In this document: positions 50,005 to 62,399 of the stretch, one piece after another
Layout: each line of letters opens with the position of its first letter
How positions within the stretch are numbered: position 1 is the first letter of the stretch
NCBI RefSeq assembly: GCF_009914755.1
Contig: NC_060940.1
Direction: 5' to 3' (one strand)
Length of the DNA stretch: 64,000 bases
Source: the human T2T-CHM13v2.0 reference genome, Homo sapiens
Program-made: the position numbers and the translations under genes
The notes under the pieces: generated by a model
What the model was told of the DNA's origin: nothing
Seen by the model: only the letters and a program-made list of their open reading frames with translations
The model's database searches: none

Positions 50005-52495
50005 TACTGTGGTTTGGATGTGGTTTGTCCTCAATAAAATTCATGTTGAAGTTTAATTGCCAAAGCAATGACATTGGGAGGTGGAAACTTTAAGAGATGG
50101 GAGGGGTTTGCAGATTCTCGTTTTTTGGGTGTCATGGTGTGCTCTCAAGGTAGTGAGTGAGTTCTCACTCTTGAGAGACTGAATTAGTTCTTGCAAGAAT
50201 GGATAGGTTCCCAAGACAGAGTTATTATAAAGGGAGGATGCCCTTTCTGTGTGGTCTCCTAACACATGTCCACTTCCCTTTTGACCTTCTCCACTATGTT
50301 TTGACCCAGCACATGGCCCTCACCAGAAGCATAGCAGATGCTGGTACCATGCTTCTTGAATTTCCCAACCTGCAGAACCGAGAACTAAATAAACCTCTTT
50401 TCTTTATAAATTACCCAGCCTCACTCAGGAGGTTTCCTGTTATAGCAACATTAAATGGACTAAGACAGAAAATTGGTATCAGCAGAGGGATGTTGCTATA
50501 AAGACACCTGAAAATGTAGAAGCAGCTTTGGAACTGGATAATAGGGACAGGTTGGAAGAAATTGGAGGATCAGGCTAGATAGGGCCTGTGTTGCTAAAAA
50601 TGAAATTAAGGGTGATTCTAATTGGGACTTCGAAGATGAGTTAGAAGTTTGCAGACATTGATTAAGTGGTTTTGACTAGAACACTGATAAAAATATGGAC
50701 AGTAAAGGCCATTCTGATGAGGTCAGAATGAAATCTGATGAGCTCAGATGAAAATGAAGAGGAACTTCTTAGAAACTGGAGCAAAAGTCACCCGTGCTAT
50801 ACCCTAGCAAAAAAAAGTGGCTACGTGGTCTCCATGCACTAGGGCTTTGTGGAAGACTGAACTTAAGAGTGTTGAATATTTGGCAGAGAAATCTCTAAGC
50901 AGCAAAGCAATCAGGCAGTTGCATGGTTACTTTTAACTGCATAAGTGAGATTCTGTAGCAAGAGCATAACCAACAGGAAGAATTTATTGTCAAAAGGGGA
51001 GCAGAGCACAAGTATTTGGAAAATACACAGCCTGGCCATGTGGTAGAGAATGAAATAGCATTTTCAGGAGAGGAATACAAGGGTGCAAATGAGTGACTCT
51101 TTGCTAAAGAGATAAGCACAGATAAAAGAGAGCCAGGTGCTAATCATTCAAACAATGGGAAAAAGGCCCAAAAGCATTACAAAGATCTTTCTCATAACAG
51201 GACCAGAAGCCAAGGAGGACAGAATGATTTTGAGGAACAGGCCTAGGGTGTAGCTGTTTGAGGATGTTGTTCCCTGCATCCCCATAGCCTGGCTGGAGTA
51301 ACCATGGCTCAAATTGCCCCAGATATGGCTCAGGGTGTCATTCTGGAGAGCATAAGTGGTAAGCCTCTTTATTATGAGCTAATACTGATACCACCATGTA
51401 GTGGTAAATCTGCAAATTCCCAGGATGCAAAAACTGTGGAGACTTGACAGCTTTCACCTAGATTTCAGATAATGTATCAGAGATTTGGAAAGCCCAGGCA
51501 GAAACCCACCAGAGAGAGTTGCCATTGGGCAATGCCAAGTGGAGTCATGGGAATGGGGTTGGCACTGGCACCCCAGAATTTTAGTGCCACCAGCAGCATG
51601 CAACCTCAGCCCAAAAAAGCCACAGGCATTATGCTCCAACCTGTGAAAGCAGCCATGTGGGCTGTACCCAGCAAAACCATGGGTGTAGGGCTACCTGAGG
51701 CCTTGGGGATCCACCCCTCATATCAGCATGCCCAGGGTGCAAGACGTAGAATCAAAGGAGATTTAAGATTTCATGTCTGCCAAGTTGGGCTTTGGACTTG
51801 TGTGGGGCCTGTTACTCTTTTCTTCTTTTAGCCTGTTTTTCCCTTTTGAAATAAGAATGTCTACCCTCTGACTGTTCCACCACTATATCTTGTAAGTAAA
51901 TAACTTACTTTAGATTTTACAGGCTCATAACTGGTCTTTGGACTTTTAAGTTGGTGCTGGAGCAAGTTGAGACTTTTAAGACTATTGGGATTAAAAGACT
52001 ATATTTTGCATGGGAGAAGAACATGAGTTTTAGGGGGCTGGGGGGAATGCTATGGTTTGGATTTGGTGTGCCCCCACCAAAATATATGGTGAAATTTATC
52101 TCCAATGTGGTAGTGATGGAAGGTGGGGCCTAGTGGGAGGTATTTAGGTCATGGAGGCAGATCATTCTTGAATAGACTAATGCCCTCCCATTGGGATGAC
52201 TGAGTTCTCCTGGAAGTGTATTAGTTCCCAAGACAGTGGGTTGTTAAAAAGAGTCTGGCTTCCTCCATTTATCTCTCTTGCTTCCTCTTTTGCCACGTGA
52301 TCTCTTAGTACACACCTGCTCCCATTCCTCTTTCTGCCATGAGTGGAAGCAGCTTGAGGCCCTCACCAGACATGGCTGCCCAATCTTGAATCTTCCAGCC
52401 ACCAGAATCATGAGCCAAATAATGTAATATAATTTCCTTTACAAATTGCCCAGCCTCAGGTATCCTGTTATAGCAACACAAAATGGAGTAAGGCA
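50005..52495 (+). mobile_element. Complete MST (ERVL-MaLR) provirus: 5' LTR 50005-50467, internal 50468-52047, 3' LTR 52048-52495
   Basis: Two MST LTRs; internal starts gaaaattggta; polypurine tract 52032-52047; perfect TSD GTTAC at 50000-50004 and 52496-52500. Confidence 0.93.
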
Positions 52496-52569
52496 GTTAC
52501 TGTTTGTAATGATATTGTGTTAAACAACAGGCTGGCAATGTTAAATGATGATAAAATCCAGCAGTAATA

Positions 52570-53400
52570 AAAATCAGTGGTGGTCAGAGGATGGGTAAAT
52601 AGGAACGTTTATACCAGCTAGTCAGAATATATATCAGCTTAGTCTTTCTAGAAGACACATTAGAAATGGACATAACCTTACAACCCATTCTGATTCCATT
52701 AGAAAGCCTGAGGAAATAATCAGAAAAAATACACAAAATTTAGTGTTCAAACAATACAAAGGTCCAAGAATTGGGGATGGGTTAAACTGATTCTCTTGTA
52801 TCTTATTGAGAACACATCAAAAATTTTAAATCTTTTTTGACTAGAATTTACATAAAATATTATCACAACCTAATACACACATAGATGCTTAACTATACAG
52901 ATCCTTATAAAATACTTATCTTCACCAAGATATACACAATAGTATTTTTCTTTTCTGTTCAATGCTATCTTTTTCTGTTTTATTCATTTTTAAATATTGA
53001 CCTTGACACACTAAATTCATTTTCTAACCCACTGATGGGTCTCAATCTGTACTTTGAAAAACACTGCTATATGTAGCTTTTATAAAATATGATTTGCACT
53101 GTATATTCATTGACATGGAGAGGTATTCAGAGGATAATGATAAATTAAAAAGTAAGTCACAAAATAGAATGAGTAATATCATCCCATTTGGAGTGTCTGT
53201 GTGTATGTGCAGGTATGTGTATTTCATCAAATGGAATAATAGTCTCGAATAATATACAACAAAATAAACAACAAAACAATAGTCATCAGAATGTTGAGAT
53301 TATGGATTTATGGATAATTTAGTTTTCTTTTGGCTCATATTTTCCAACATTTCCTACAAATGGCATACATTACAGTATACTTAAAAAAAGATTTTATTTC
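52570..53400 (+). mobile_element. L1ME-like 3' remnant with an embedded hAT fragment (about 52800-53070)
   Basis: attgacatggagagg..taatatcatcccattt..ttttccaacatttcctaca; tttgaaaaacactg TIR-like end. Confidence 0.45.
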
Positions 53401-53514
53401 ATAGGAAAATCAAGAGTAGGAGTATACAGAGTCTTCTCTAAAGTTAGTAAATGTGGTTGTTTAGACTCGTAGCAAGAAGCTGAGAACGACACTCAGTCAA
53501 GAAAACCTAACCAC

Positions 53515-53702
53515 ACTTCCTTCATTCTTTCCTTTCTTCCTCCCCTCCCTCCCACCTATCCTCCCTTCCTCCCTTTTTCCTACCCCTCCTCTCTTCCTCT
53601 CATGCTTCTTTCATTCCTCTAATCTTTCTCCCTCCCTCCTTCCTTCCCTCCCTCACTCCTTTCCTTCCTTCCTTCTTCCTTCCTCCCTCTCTTCCTTCCT
53701 TT
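53515..53702. repeat. Polypyrimidine (TCCT/TCC)n tract
   Basis: About 190 bp almost entirely C/T. Confidence 0.95.
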
Positions 53703-54149
53703 ATTGTTTCCAACAAACATTTATGACACATTACTCCACATTCTTCCTTGCAAGGAAAAATAATGACTCTGGGACATAGTGAAGGCTGAACTGTGTTTAT
53801 TGGTGAGGAGAGCAGAGGAAACCTGATCCAATACAGGAGCCTAGGCTCTGTGCGATGGGGCCTTTTGAGAAAATAGTTGGTAAAGGTTCTTAAAACCAAG
53901 AACCTCAAAAGATCCCCTAGACAAAATTTTACTTGGGATATCTGCTGAGCATCACCATTTGGGTGAGCTCAGATGGAACAGTTAAGTGACCAGTGTAAAC
54001 CATCACAGTTTTACCATTTTGCTAGTTCTAATCAGTTTTCTGAGAACACATTGATCTATTACTTTCTTCTGCAGCCCCGGCCACCTGCTGTCCTGGAATT
54101 TCTCATCCCCTCCAGGCTCTGGGTCCAGCACATCCTCTTTTACATTAAA

Positions 54150-54640
54150 GACCAAGATACTTCAGAATATAGAGGTAAACGAACAAGGCGGGCCAAGTCT
54201 CCGCCCCTTAGAAGCTCACATTCGAGAGAGGAAAATATTCAATAGAAACATAAATAAGTAAATGCTTTGGGTTTTGGTACATCTGTGAAATTACTAAAAA
54301 TAGAGCATTGTGACAGAGAGAACAGGGTGGCTACTTTAGTGCCTGTGTAGTCAGAGAGGGCTTCTTGGAAGAGGTAACATTTTGTGCTGAATCCTGAATA
54401 AAGATAATAAGCTAGCCTTAGGTAAGAACACGTTGCAAAGGGAGCAGCAAGTATGAGAGCCTTAGAGAAGGAAGAGCTTAGCTTGTTTTGGGGCCTCAGG
54501 AAGGCCAGAGCACCTTGAATGTGAACAAGACTGCATGCAGGGGCTCAAGGCAAGGGCAGACAGGTATCCAGGGTACTTCCATGCTAACGGATTTAGAAAC
54601 TTGTCTTAAATGCAGTGAGAAGCCACAGGAGGGGAATTGG
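54150..54640 (-). mobile_element. L2 fragment
   Basis: gcccttagaagctcacattc..gtcagagagggcttcttggaagaggtaacattt..tgcagtgagaagcca. Confidence 0.7.
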
Positions 54641-54669
54641 CAGGCTGTCAAAAGATGATAACTTTAGCT

Positions 54670-55175
54670 AATATTACTGGCAAAAGCTTTATCAACATCA
54701 TATACTTCCTGATGCTCTAGGAAGGACCCAAGTGATGGCTTACGTGGTGTCCATGCAAAAAGGAATTTAAAAAAGCACAATATCAATACAATCATGAGAA
54801 AACACTAGAAAAGCCCATATCAGGAGACATTCCACATACCACCTGACCAGTGCTCTTCAAAAGCCGTAAAACACCAAGGTATTATCAGAGAAAGGAAACT
54901 AAGGAAACTCAAAAGCCAGATGTCACATGGAATTCTGAATTACATCCTAGAACAGAAAAAGGATGAGGGGAAAAACTGGTAAAATTTAAATAAATTCTGT
55001 AGTTTAATTAATAGTGTTGTACTATTGCTAATTTCCTAGTTTTGCTCATTGTGTGGCTCTGAAAGTTGTTAACATTAGGGAAAGCTGAAAGAAGTGTACA
55101 TGTGAATCATTATAATGTCTATAACCTTTATCTAAGTCTAAAATTACTTTAAAATAAACCATTTAAAAAGCAAAG
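54670..55175 (+). mobile_element. L1MC/ME 3' UTR fragment
   Basis: aatcatgagaaaaca..ctgaccagtgctcttcaaaa..atcctagaacagaaaaagga..aagtctaaaattact. Confidence 0.7.
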
Positions 55176-55242
55176 TACAAAACATGTCTCATGTACTGCA
55201 TAGTTTTAAAGCTATGCACTCCCACATGCTCACATATGTTTA

Positions 55243-55500
<258 letters not shown>

Positions 55501-55647
55501 TCACATAAAATGTAAGACTGGGTGTCCCTGGAGAAAGGTCTGGAATGGGAGACAGATTTACTTTTTTAACTCCATTTCCTCTTATACTGTTTGCATTTAC
55601 TGCATATACTTTTCATAATGATAATAGGAACAAAAAGGATGCATTAA

Positions 55648-55777
55648 CCCATTTATGCCTGAGGTTGCAATTTTTTGTATTTTTGCAATCAGACCTTGGC
55701 AATGACCATGAGCCGTAGGATATAAGTAACTCCCACACGCTTAGCGTTCCAATAATGGAACACTAGGCATAAATGGC
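55648..55777 (-). mobile_element. MER85 piggyBac (PGBD3-derived) MITE
   Basis: TTAA followed by TIR cccatttatgcct; other TIR aggcataaatgg(c); internal palindrome gttccaataatggaac. Confidence 0.93.
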
Positions 55778-55961
55778 TATTTAGTGTTTGGAGGTTAAAA
55801 GAAAAAAGACAAAGCCTTTGGCTGTCGTTATAGCGTGGATCATAGGGATTAGGTTGGAGGCAGGGAGACAAATGAGGAAGTGGTGGTCGGGTAGAAATGG
55901 GCTGGTTTGTGCTATGGCTGTGTAAGCTGTTAACATTAGGGTGGCTAGGCGAAGGAAATAA

Positions 55962-56810
55962 TGCTGCAGTCTATGTGTCCCCCGCAAATTCGTGTGTTAA
56001 AATCCTAATCACCAAGGTGATGGTTTAGGGAGTGAGGCCTCTGGGAAGTGATCAGGTCATGGGGGCAGAGACTTCATGATGGGGAGCAGTTCCCTCATAG
56101 GACACTCCAGAGACATAGATTGTCCCTTCCACCATGTGAGGACACAGTGAGAAGTGTAACAGTAAAACAGCAAAAGAATTAACATAACTAACTCCATTTT
56201 TGTTTAAGGGGCTTTTACCCATTCCTGTACATTGGCTAGGTAATTTTAGAGCCCTGAGTTGGTATGCAAAAAGCAGCAATCACGTAGTTTTAAAACTAAG
56301 TCTGGGGTTAAAGGGGAAGTGTGTAAACAACTAACTATGTTTTGTTAAAGATTTATAGAAGCACTGTGACCTCACCAAGGAAAAAGAAGTTCCCAGCCTC
56401 CTCAAACCCTCACTGATGCTCAGATGTTTGTGGTTATCAGTTCCTCTTGATCTCAACTCCCTCCTTTTCCCTCTGCCCTTCACATAAAAAGCCTAAAATG
56501 TGTACTGACTTATGATGGTACTTTAGAGCTCCAGTTCACCATCTTGTTCATTTTGCTGGCTCTCCAGATAAAACTGCTTTTCCTCCCACACACCCTTGTT
56601 TCTTGAGTCTGGCTTTTAATTGGTGAGCAGCCCAATCTGGGTTCAGTTACAGAAGGTACCGCCTATGAACCAGAAAGCAGGCCCCTGCCAGACACCAAAT
56701 CTGCCAGTGCCTTGATCTTGAACTTACCAGTCTCTGGAACTACGGAAAATAAATTTCTGCTGTTCCCAGTCTAAGAAATTTTGTTATAGCAGCAGGAACA
56801 GACTAACACA
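55962..56810 (+). mobile_element. MLT1A0 LTR split by an ERV1 LTR
   Basis: tgctgcagtctatgtgtcccc..accatgtgaggacacagtgagaag|LTR|gaaggt..gccttgatcttg..gactaacaca. Confidence 0.85.
56155..56651 (+). mobile_element. ERV1-class solo LTR
   Basis: TG..CA ends, aactccattttt, TATA-like cataaaaag; 4-bp TSD GAAG at 56151-56154 and 56652-56655. Confidence 0.8.
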
Positions 56811-57494
56811 TATGTGAACTCTCTGCACTATTTTTGCAGCTTTTTTGTAAGTTTACAATTGTTTTAAACGTTCCAGGGAGGAAGCAGTGGAGACTGAGCT
56901 GTGGAAGGAGTGGAGCATGTTGTGGAGATACACAGGACTCAGCAGTGGACTGGATTGGGGTAAGGAAGAGAGAGGGTCAGAGTGACCCCACAGAACTGGC
57001 TTGGATACTCAGAAGAACGAGGGAAGCACAGGATGGAGCAGTAGCCCAGAGTTCTGACTCCAGTGTGCTGGAACAATGGCAGAATGAGAAGCAGTCAGGA
57101 AGGGCGCCTGCTACTCCTTTCTACACACAAAAAAATCAGCCAAAGAAGGACATGGAGGGTGGGACATTCAGGAGCCCCTCTCCAACCCAGTCTTCCCACA
57201 GGTAGGGTAGCTAGGCCTGAGAATGGGAAAGGGGACTGCTCCAGGTCACTCTGTTAATTGCAGGGGGTGTAGTGGGAGCAGAGAAGAACCAGCCTCCTGC
57301 TGACTTCTCTCCTGTGTGCACTGCATGTGCCCTTGACGTTCAAGCACCCATTGAGAAAAGCAAATGCTGCCTTAACTAGGGAGCACCAGCACCCCATAAC
57401 ATTATCCACTAGGAAATCCACTAATCTGCTCCTGATCTCCATACTCCTGACAGCTGTCATTGTTAGGAATTGGTGTATTGTTCTGTTAACAGCA

Positions 57495-57745
57495 TGAATG
57501 TTTCTGTAGTGCTTTACAGTCTTGTCTCGGTAAATTATTTCATTTGATTATCTGTAATCCTCTGAGACGGAGGTTATTTTTAGCCCCATCTCACAGGTAT
57601 CTGCTCTAGCTGAAGATAAGTTTCGTCTCAGAGAAGTCAGGTGACTGTCCCACAGTCACACAGCTAGTAAGTGGCAATGCTAGCGCTTGAACTCGTATCT
57701 TCTTTTCATAATTCCCATACTACTATTTTAGACCACACTGCCTCC
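57495..57745 (-). mobile_element. MIR
   Basis: ccccatctcacagg..ctcagagaagtcaggtgactgtcccacagtcacacagctagtaagtggc. Confidence 0.8.
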
Positions 57746-57871
57746 TCTGTAGCAGAGCAAATAAATGCCTTGGCACATAAAACATAAGCCTGTTTCACCA
57801 CTACTACCAACAACAGTCTAGAAATTTATAATGAGGGCCTGCTGTGGTTGGTAGTATAAAATGTTACTTTC

Positions 57872-57915
57872 TACTGCATTCACAGGACAGTCAAAAATAA
57901 ATAAATAAAAAGTAA
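57872..57915 (+). mobile_element. Tiny L1-mobilised retroposed insert (21 nt plus A-rich tail)
   Basis: Perfect 16-bp direct repeat ataaaatgttactttc (57856-57871 and 57916-57931) flanks tactgcattcacaggacagtc plus an A-rich tail. Confidence 0.75.
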
Positions 57916-57954
57916 ATAAAATGTTACTTTCCTTGGTCTTCTCTTTCACATCAG

Positions 57955-58150
57955 GGAGATGCAGTGGAATGAAGGAGCTTCCAGCTTGAGCTTTCGAGGC
58001 TGCCGTTCATGGATTTAAAACCTAGTTCTTTGGCTTCCTGGTTATATGCAAGGTGCTTAACCTGTTTGCGCTCTACAAAATGGAGATGCTACCTCCATGT
58101 GATGAGGATCAATGAGACGGCCACACAAAACACTTTCCTAGCTTATGCAC
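57955..58150 (+). mobile_element. MIR
   Basis: gcaaggtgcttaacctg..ctacaaaatggagatgctacctccatgtgatgaggatcaatgaga. Confidence 0.6.
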
Positions 58151-59019
58151 ACAATGGGTCGCAACAAACTGATACCCTGTTAACAATGTCACCCAGATAG
58201 AGGACTGCTAGCAGGTTTCTGTAAGGGAACTCTGGCCAAATATTTAGGGCACAGTCTGGCATATAGTAAGCCTACAGAGTGAGTGTTGATATTATTATTA
58301 TAACAAAAATTCCCAAATTGCGTTGTTGACAAAGAAGTAATTCCTGAGTGAGTTGATCTTTCCTCCCAGCTGCAGAACAAGCCTTAGACCCTTACACATA
58401 CGTAAAGGCAAAATCTGTCTATATCATAGTTTATGGCTACTGTCTTCCATAGCCATAAATTATAAACTGATACTTCAGTCCTAGGCTGCTGTTTATTTCT
58501 TTTCTTCACTGCCTCCCACCCACTTCTCCCTTTGGACGACCCAGCCAAAGTCAATAGGAGATGATAGCCTTGAAAACTGGACTTTCATGGGCACAAACCA
58601 CCCACTGCTGATTGATGTCCAGGCCTTGGGAAATGGTCCCAAACCGAGCAAACACGAACCCGCTCCTGGCAGCAGGTGGTCTTGTTGGCCACCTCTACAG
58701 AGGCTGTGTGAGATGTTAGGTCTGCCAGGGTCAGGAGTGACAGGGGGTGGTCAGGTGGGGCTGGTGAGCCCCTTCCTTTCCCAAGGGGCAAAAGTCATCC
58801 TCCAGTTTAAAAACATGTCAGGATAATCCTGCCCATCGTGATGCCTGTGGCTTCTGGCCACACGTGAAAGGATGGGCAGAGGTATTTTAAATCAGTCTTT
58901 CTGTCCCCATTCCTTAAAGCCTGCCACATGCAACAAACAGAAAACTGTGTGTGCCTTCATTTCCTAAGTTACTTTGATGGGTTTCTATTACTGACAAAAA
59001 ATTAAAGCAAGCACAAGAA

Positions 59020-59245
59020 TAACAGCTATTCCTGTTGATGGGTGTTTATGCCCTTAGTGCCTGGCCCTACAGGTGGGTTAACTCATCGGGTCTTCCCAGT
59101 AACCTCTAAGGTAGTCATGGCTACAATCCCCATAAACAGGCTCAGAGGGGCTGAGTACCTAGTCTAAGGCTGCACAGCAAGCATTTAGCAGAAACACAAT
59201 TTGAACCCATCTGTGTGAATTCCAAGTCCCAAGTGTTCCAACCAG
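59020..59245 (-). mobile_element. MIR
   Basis: ggctcagaggggctgagtacc..gcacagc..atttgaaccca..tccaagtcccaagtg. Confidence 0.7.
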
Positions 59246-59469
59246 CGTAAATGCCCTTGGCTTGGAAAGACGGGGGCTGAGGGCATTAACCTAGGGCTCA
59301 GAGGCCTCCCTCCCCATAACTATTCAGGCCAAGGATCCAGCCTAAGGCTTGGCGCCCCAACTTCTAAAGCTGGGGGAAGGGGCAGGACCATGAAGGAGGA
59401 TGGGAGAGGGGGAAGCATCCCACAGCCTGGTGCTCACCTCCTGTTCCAACTCCCTCCCCACCCTCAACA

Positions 59470-59700
59470 CCACAATGGCCAATCAATACAGGCTTACATT
59501 TTATGAGACAAGGAGTCAACTTGTTCAATTACGGGGGAGACAGCTCTATTCTTTCGTAACAAGTAATCTGAGTAGGGAAATCGATCCTGAGAGGCCCCAT
59601 GCACGCTGGCTAATTTTATATTACCCTTAGCCAATGGGCGAGCACAGAGTAATGAAGTTGTTGTTACAGTTGATTATGGGGGGGGTGGGGATCAATGGAG
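59470..59700. promoter_or_regulatory. Candidate enhancer/promoter-like element
   Basis: Two CCAAT boxes, AAATCGAT, TAATCT, TAATT and retained CpGs in non-repeat DNA. Confidence 0.35.
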
Positions 59701-60439
59701 GGAAAATCTGAGGCTCAGCGTCACCGCTGTAGCAGGAAGGGGGTGGGGGACTCAGGCTGGGGGAGCAGCCTTCCTTTATTCGTATTCCCTGCCCAAACAC
59801 GGTCAGCTCCTGCCGAAACCCCTAAGACAGAAGCATCTCTCAGGATGGAGACCCAGAGACTCCCCACCACCCAGGTCCTGTTGCCCCCTGACAGCCAGAG
59901 TCCAGGAAGAGGCCACCAGAGATGCAAGGGTGGATGGAAATGGGGAGAGGTAAAGCCCCCGTCATCACAAGGCTGGGCTTGTGACCACCACGTTTCCTCT
60001 CTGTCCTTGCAAGTGGCTTTTGGACAGGGGCCAGGTTTGGCCTGGCAGTGAATCCTCCTTGGCATCTTGATGACTCTGAACACTAATTCCTGTTTTTCTT
60101 CCTAAATGCATGGCTGAGAGATAGACAGGCTGCCTCTGTCCTCTGTGTGTTCGGGGACCAGGAGATGCCTCCCCAGCTCCCCCTGGCTCCTGGGCTGGAA
60201 TTTAATCTCCCTGGGGCAGGGGCCTCCATTCCAGGCCCAGCTCTGACATTTAGGCTGTTCCAATTTCCCCCCTTGTAATAGAAGTGGTTTGTACTAATTC
60301 AGCATTTTAAACTCCCGCCCTGTTTGTACCTCTACAAGCATTTTGGAAGCTGCATTTATTATGTGCATGGCAGGAACTGTGGTTAGTTTCTTTATCCACA
60401 TGATCAGGTTTATCATCAGACTGTTGAACTTATTTACAA

Positions 60440-60620
60440 TATGATTTAATAGCTATTGTGTGTGAACCATCTACTAGGCATTTTCTATGCATCGTCTTCC
60501 TCAACCCTGATAATGTTCCAGTACACAGGTGAGTAAACTGACGCTCCAAAAGGAAAGCAATGCACTCAGGACACATAGGTAATCAAGGCCAGAGCCAGGA
60601 TTTGAACTTGATTTCTCTGA
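60440..60620 (-). mobile_element. MIR
   Basis: caggtgagtaaactgacgctc..cagagccaggatttgaac. Confidence 0.65.
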
Positions 60621-60994
60621 GGTGTCTCCAGCACTGAGAAGTGCTCTCTATGAGGGCAGAGACCATGTCTTTTTGTTAAAATTCTCTGTCTTCTCATGAC
60701 TAGCCCAGCACCTGGCGTGCAGACATGAAGATGTTTTTTAAAGTATTAAATCAGCATATTTTGTATATGCTGCCTTCCCCATTAAACATGCTCCCCTGCA
60801 GCCTCCCTGCCATCAAGACCCCAGGGCAATGGGGCAAATGAACGTTCCCTCTTGGAAGGGAACATTTTTCCCTTGTTCCATCAAGGAAGGAGGAATGCTG
60901 GTACTCAGGAAGGGGGTAAAACAGTAGCCCTCCTCACCCAGGGGAATGTGAGAGGTAGAAGGAAAACAAGAGGCTAGGGTACTAAGGGTCACAT

Positions 60995-61250
60995 GTCTTG
61001 GGGGCTAACTGCACCAGACACTGTATTTATTGATTAAATGTATGCAAATGCACATATATGTATCCATTAATATATATTAAAGTTCTACACATTCTATACG
61101 TATTAATTTAATTCTTACAACAAACTTTGGGTTAAGTACCATTGCTATCCCATTTTACAGATGAGGAAACTAAAGCATTGGACAGTTAAAGATCTCAGTG
61201 AGTTTGAAGCAGGCCCACTAGTTCCAAACGCTGCTATCCACCATGCTATT
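60995..61250 (-). mobile_element. MIR
   Basis: atttaattcttacaac..tatcccattttacagatgaggaaactaaagc. Confidence 0.8.
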
Positions 61251-61564
61251 CTGGAATGGAAGTCAGTAGGATATGTCTAGGTTCCTCTCTCTGGATCAGA
61301 ATCCCAGACAGGAGGATGTTGGGCTGTGGGGAAAGGTGAAATTGGAGGGCTGGTGCCTAAGGCCCTGCAGTGGTCTGTTCTTACTCTTCTGAAGAGCTCT
61401 ATGGACACTGAGGGAGGTGAAAAGTAGGGTTCTTCAGGGACAGTGAGGTGGATTCTCAGAGGACAACTATATATGGGCTGCAAGACAAGTATCCTCCATG
61501 AGAACCAAATATAATGCTTTAAACACTACCGCGCATAGGACAATTAACACCTGTGTTCCAGGCT

Positions 61565-62080
<516 letters not shown>

Positions 62081-62161
62081 TACAAACAATCGAACTACAA
62101 ACAATGTTCCTGTTAACAACGATGGCTAGATTTTCTAGGAAGGTTGGAGTATGGCTTGAAA

Positions 62162-62390
62162 GATTTCATTTATTCATTCAAGTATTCAGTCAGTCAGTCA
62201 ACAAATATTTTCCCAAAGGACAGTCATGTACTAAAAGCTGTGCTAAGTACTAATTATCTGATACTGAACAAAAGACACACACACCCTCCCAAGATACTTA
62301 AAACCTGTCGGAGACATAGACGTTAAACAAATAACTACATATTTGTGCCATGCTAAGCTGAGACAAACTCAGTGTTGGAGAATTCAAGAA
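62162..62390 (-). mobile_element. L2 3' end
   Basis: ttcatttattcattc..caacaaatattt..ctgtgctaagtact..tgaacaaaagacac. Confidence 0.7.
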
Positions 62391-62399
62391 GCTATTAAG

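Noticed and set aside
50468-52047. ORFs in the MST internal region
   Set aside because: Fragmented remnants of the decayed MaLR internal sequence; no intact gag or pol
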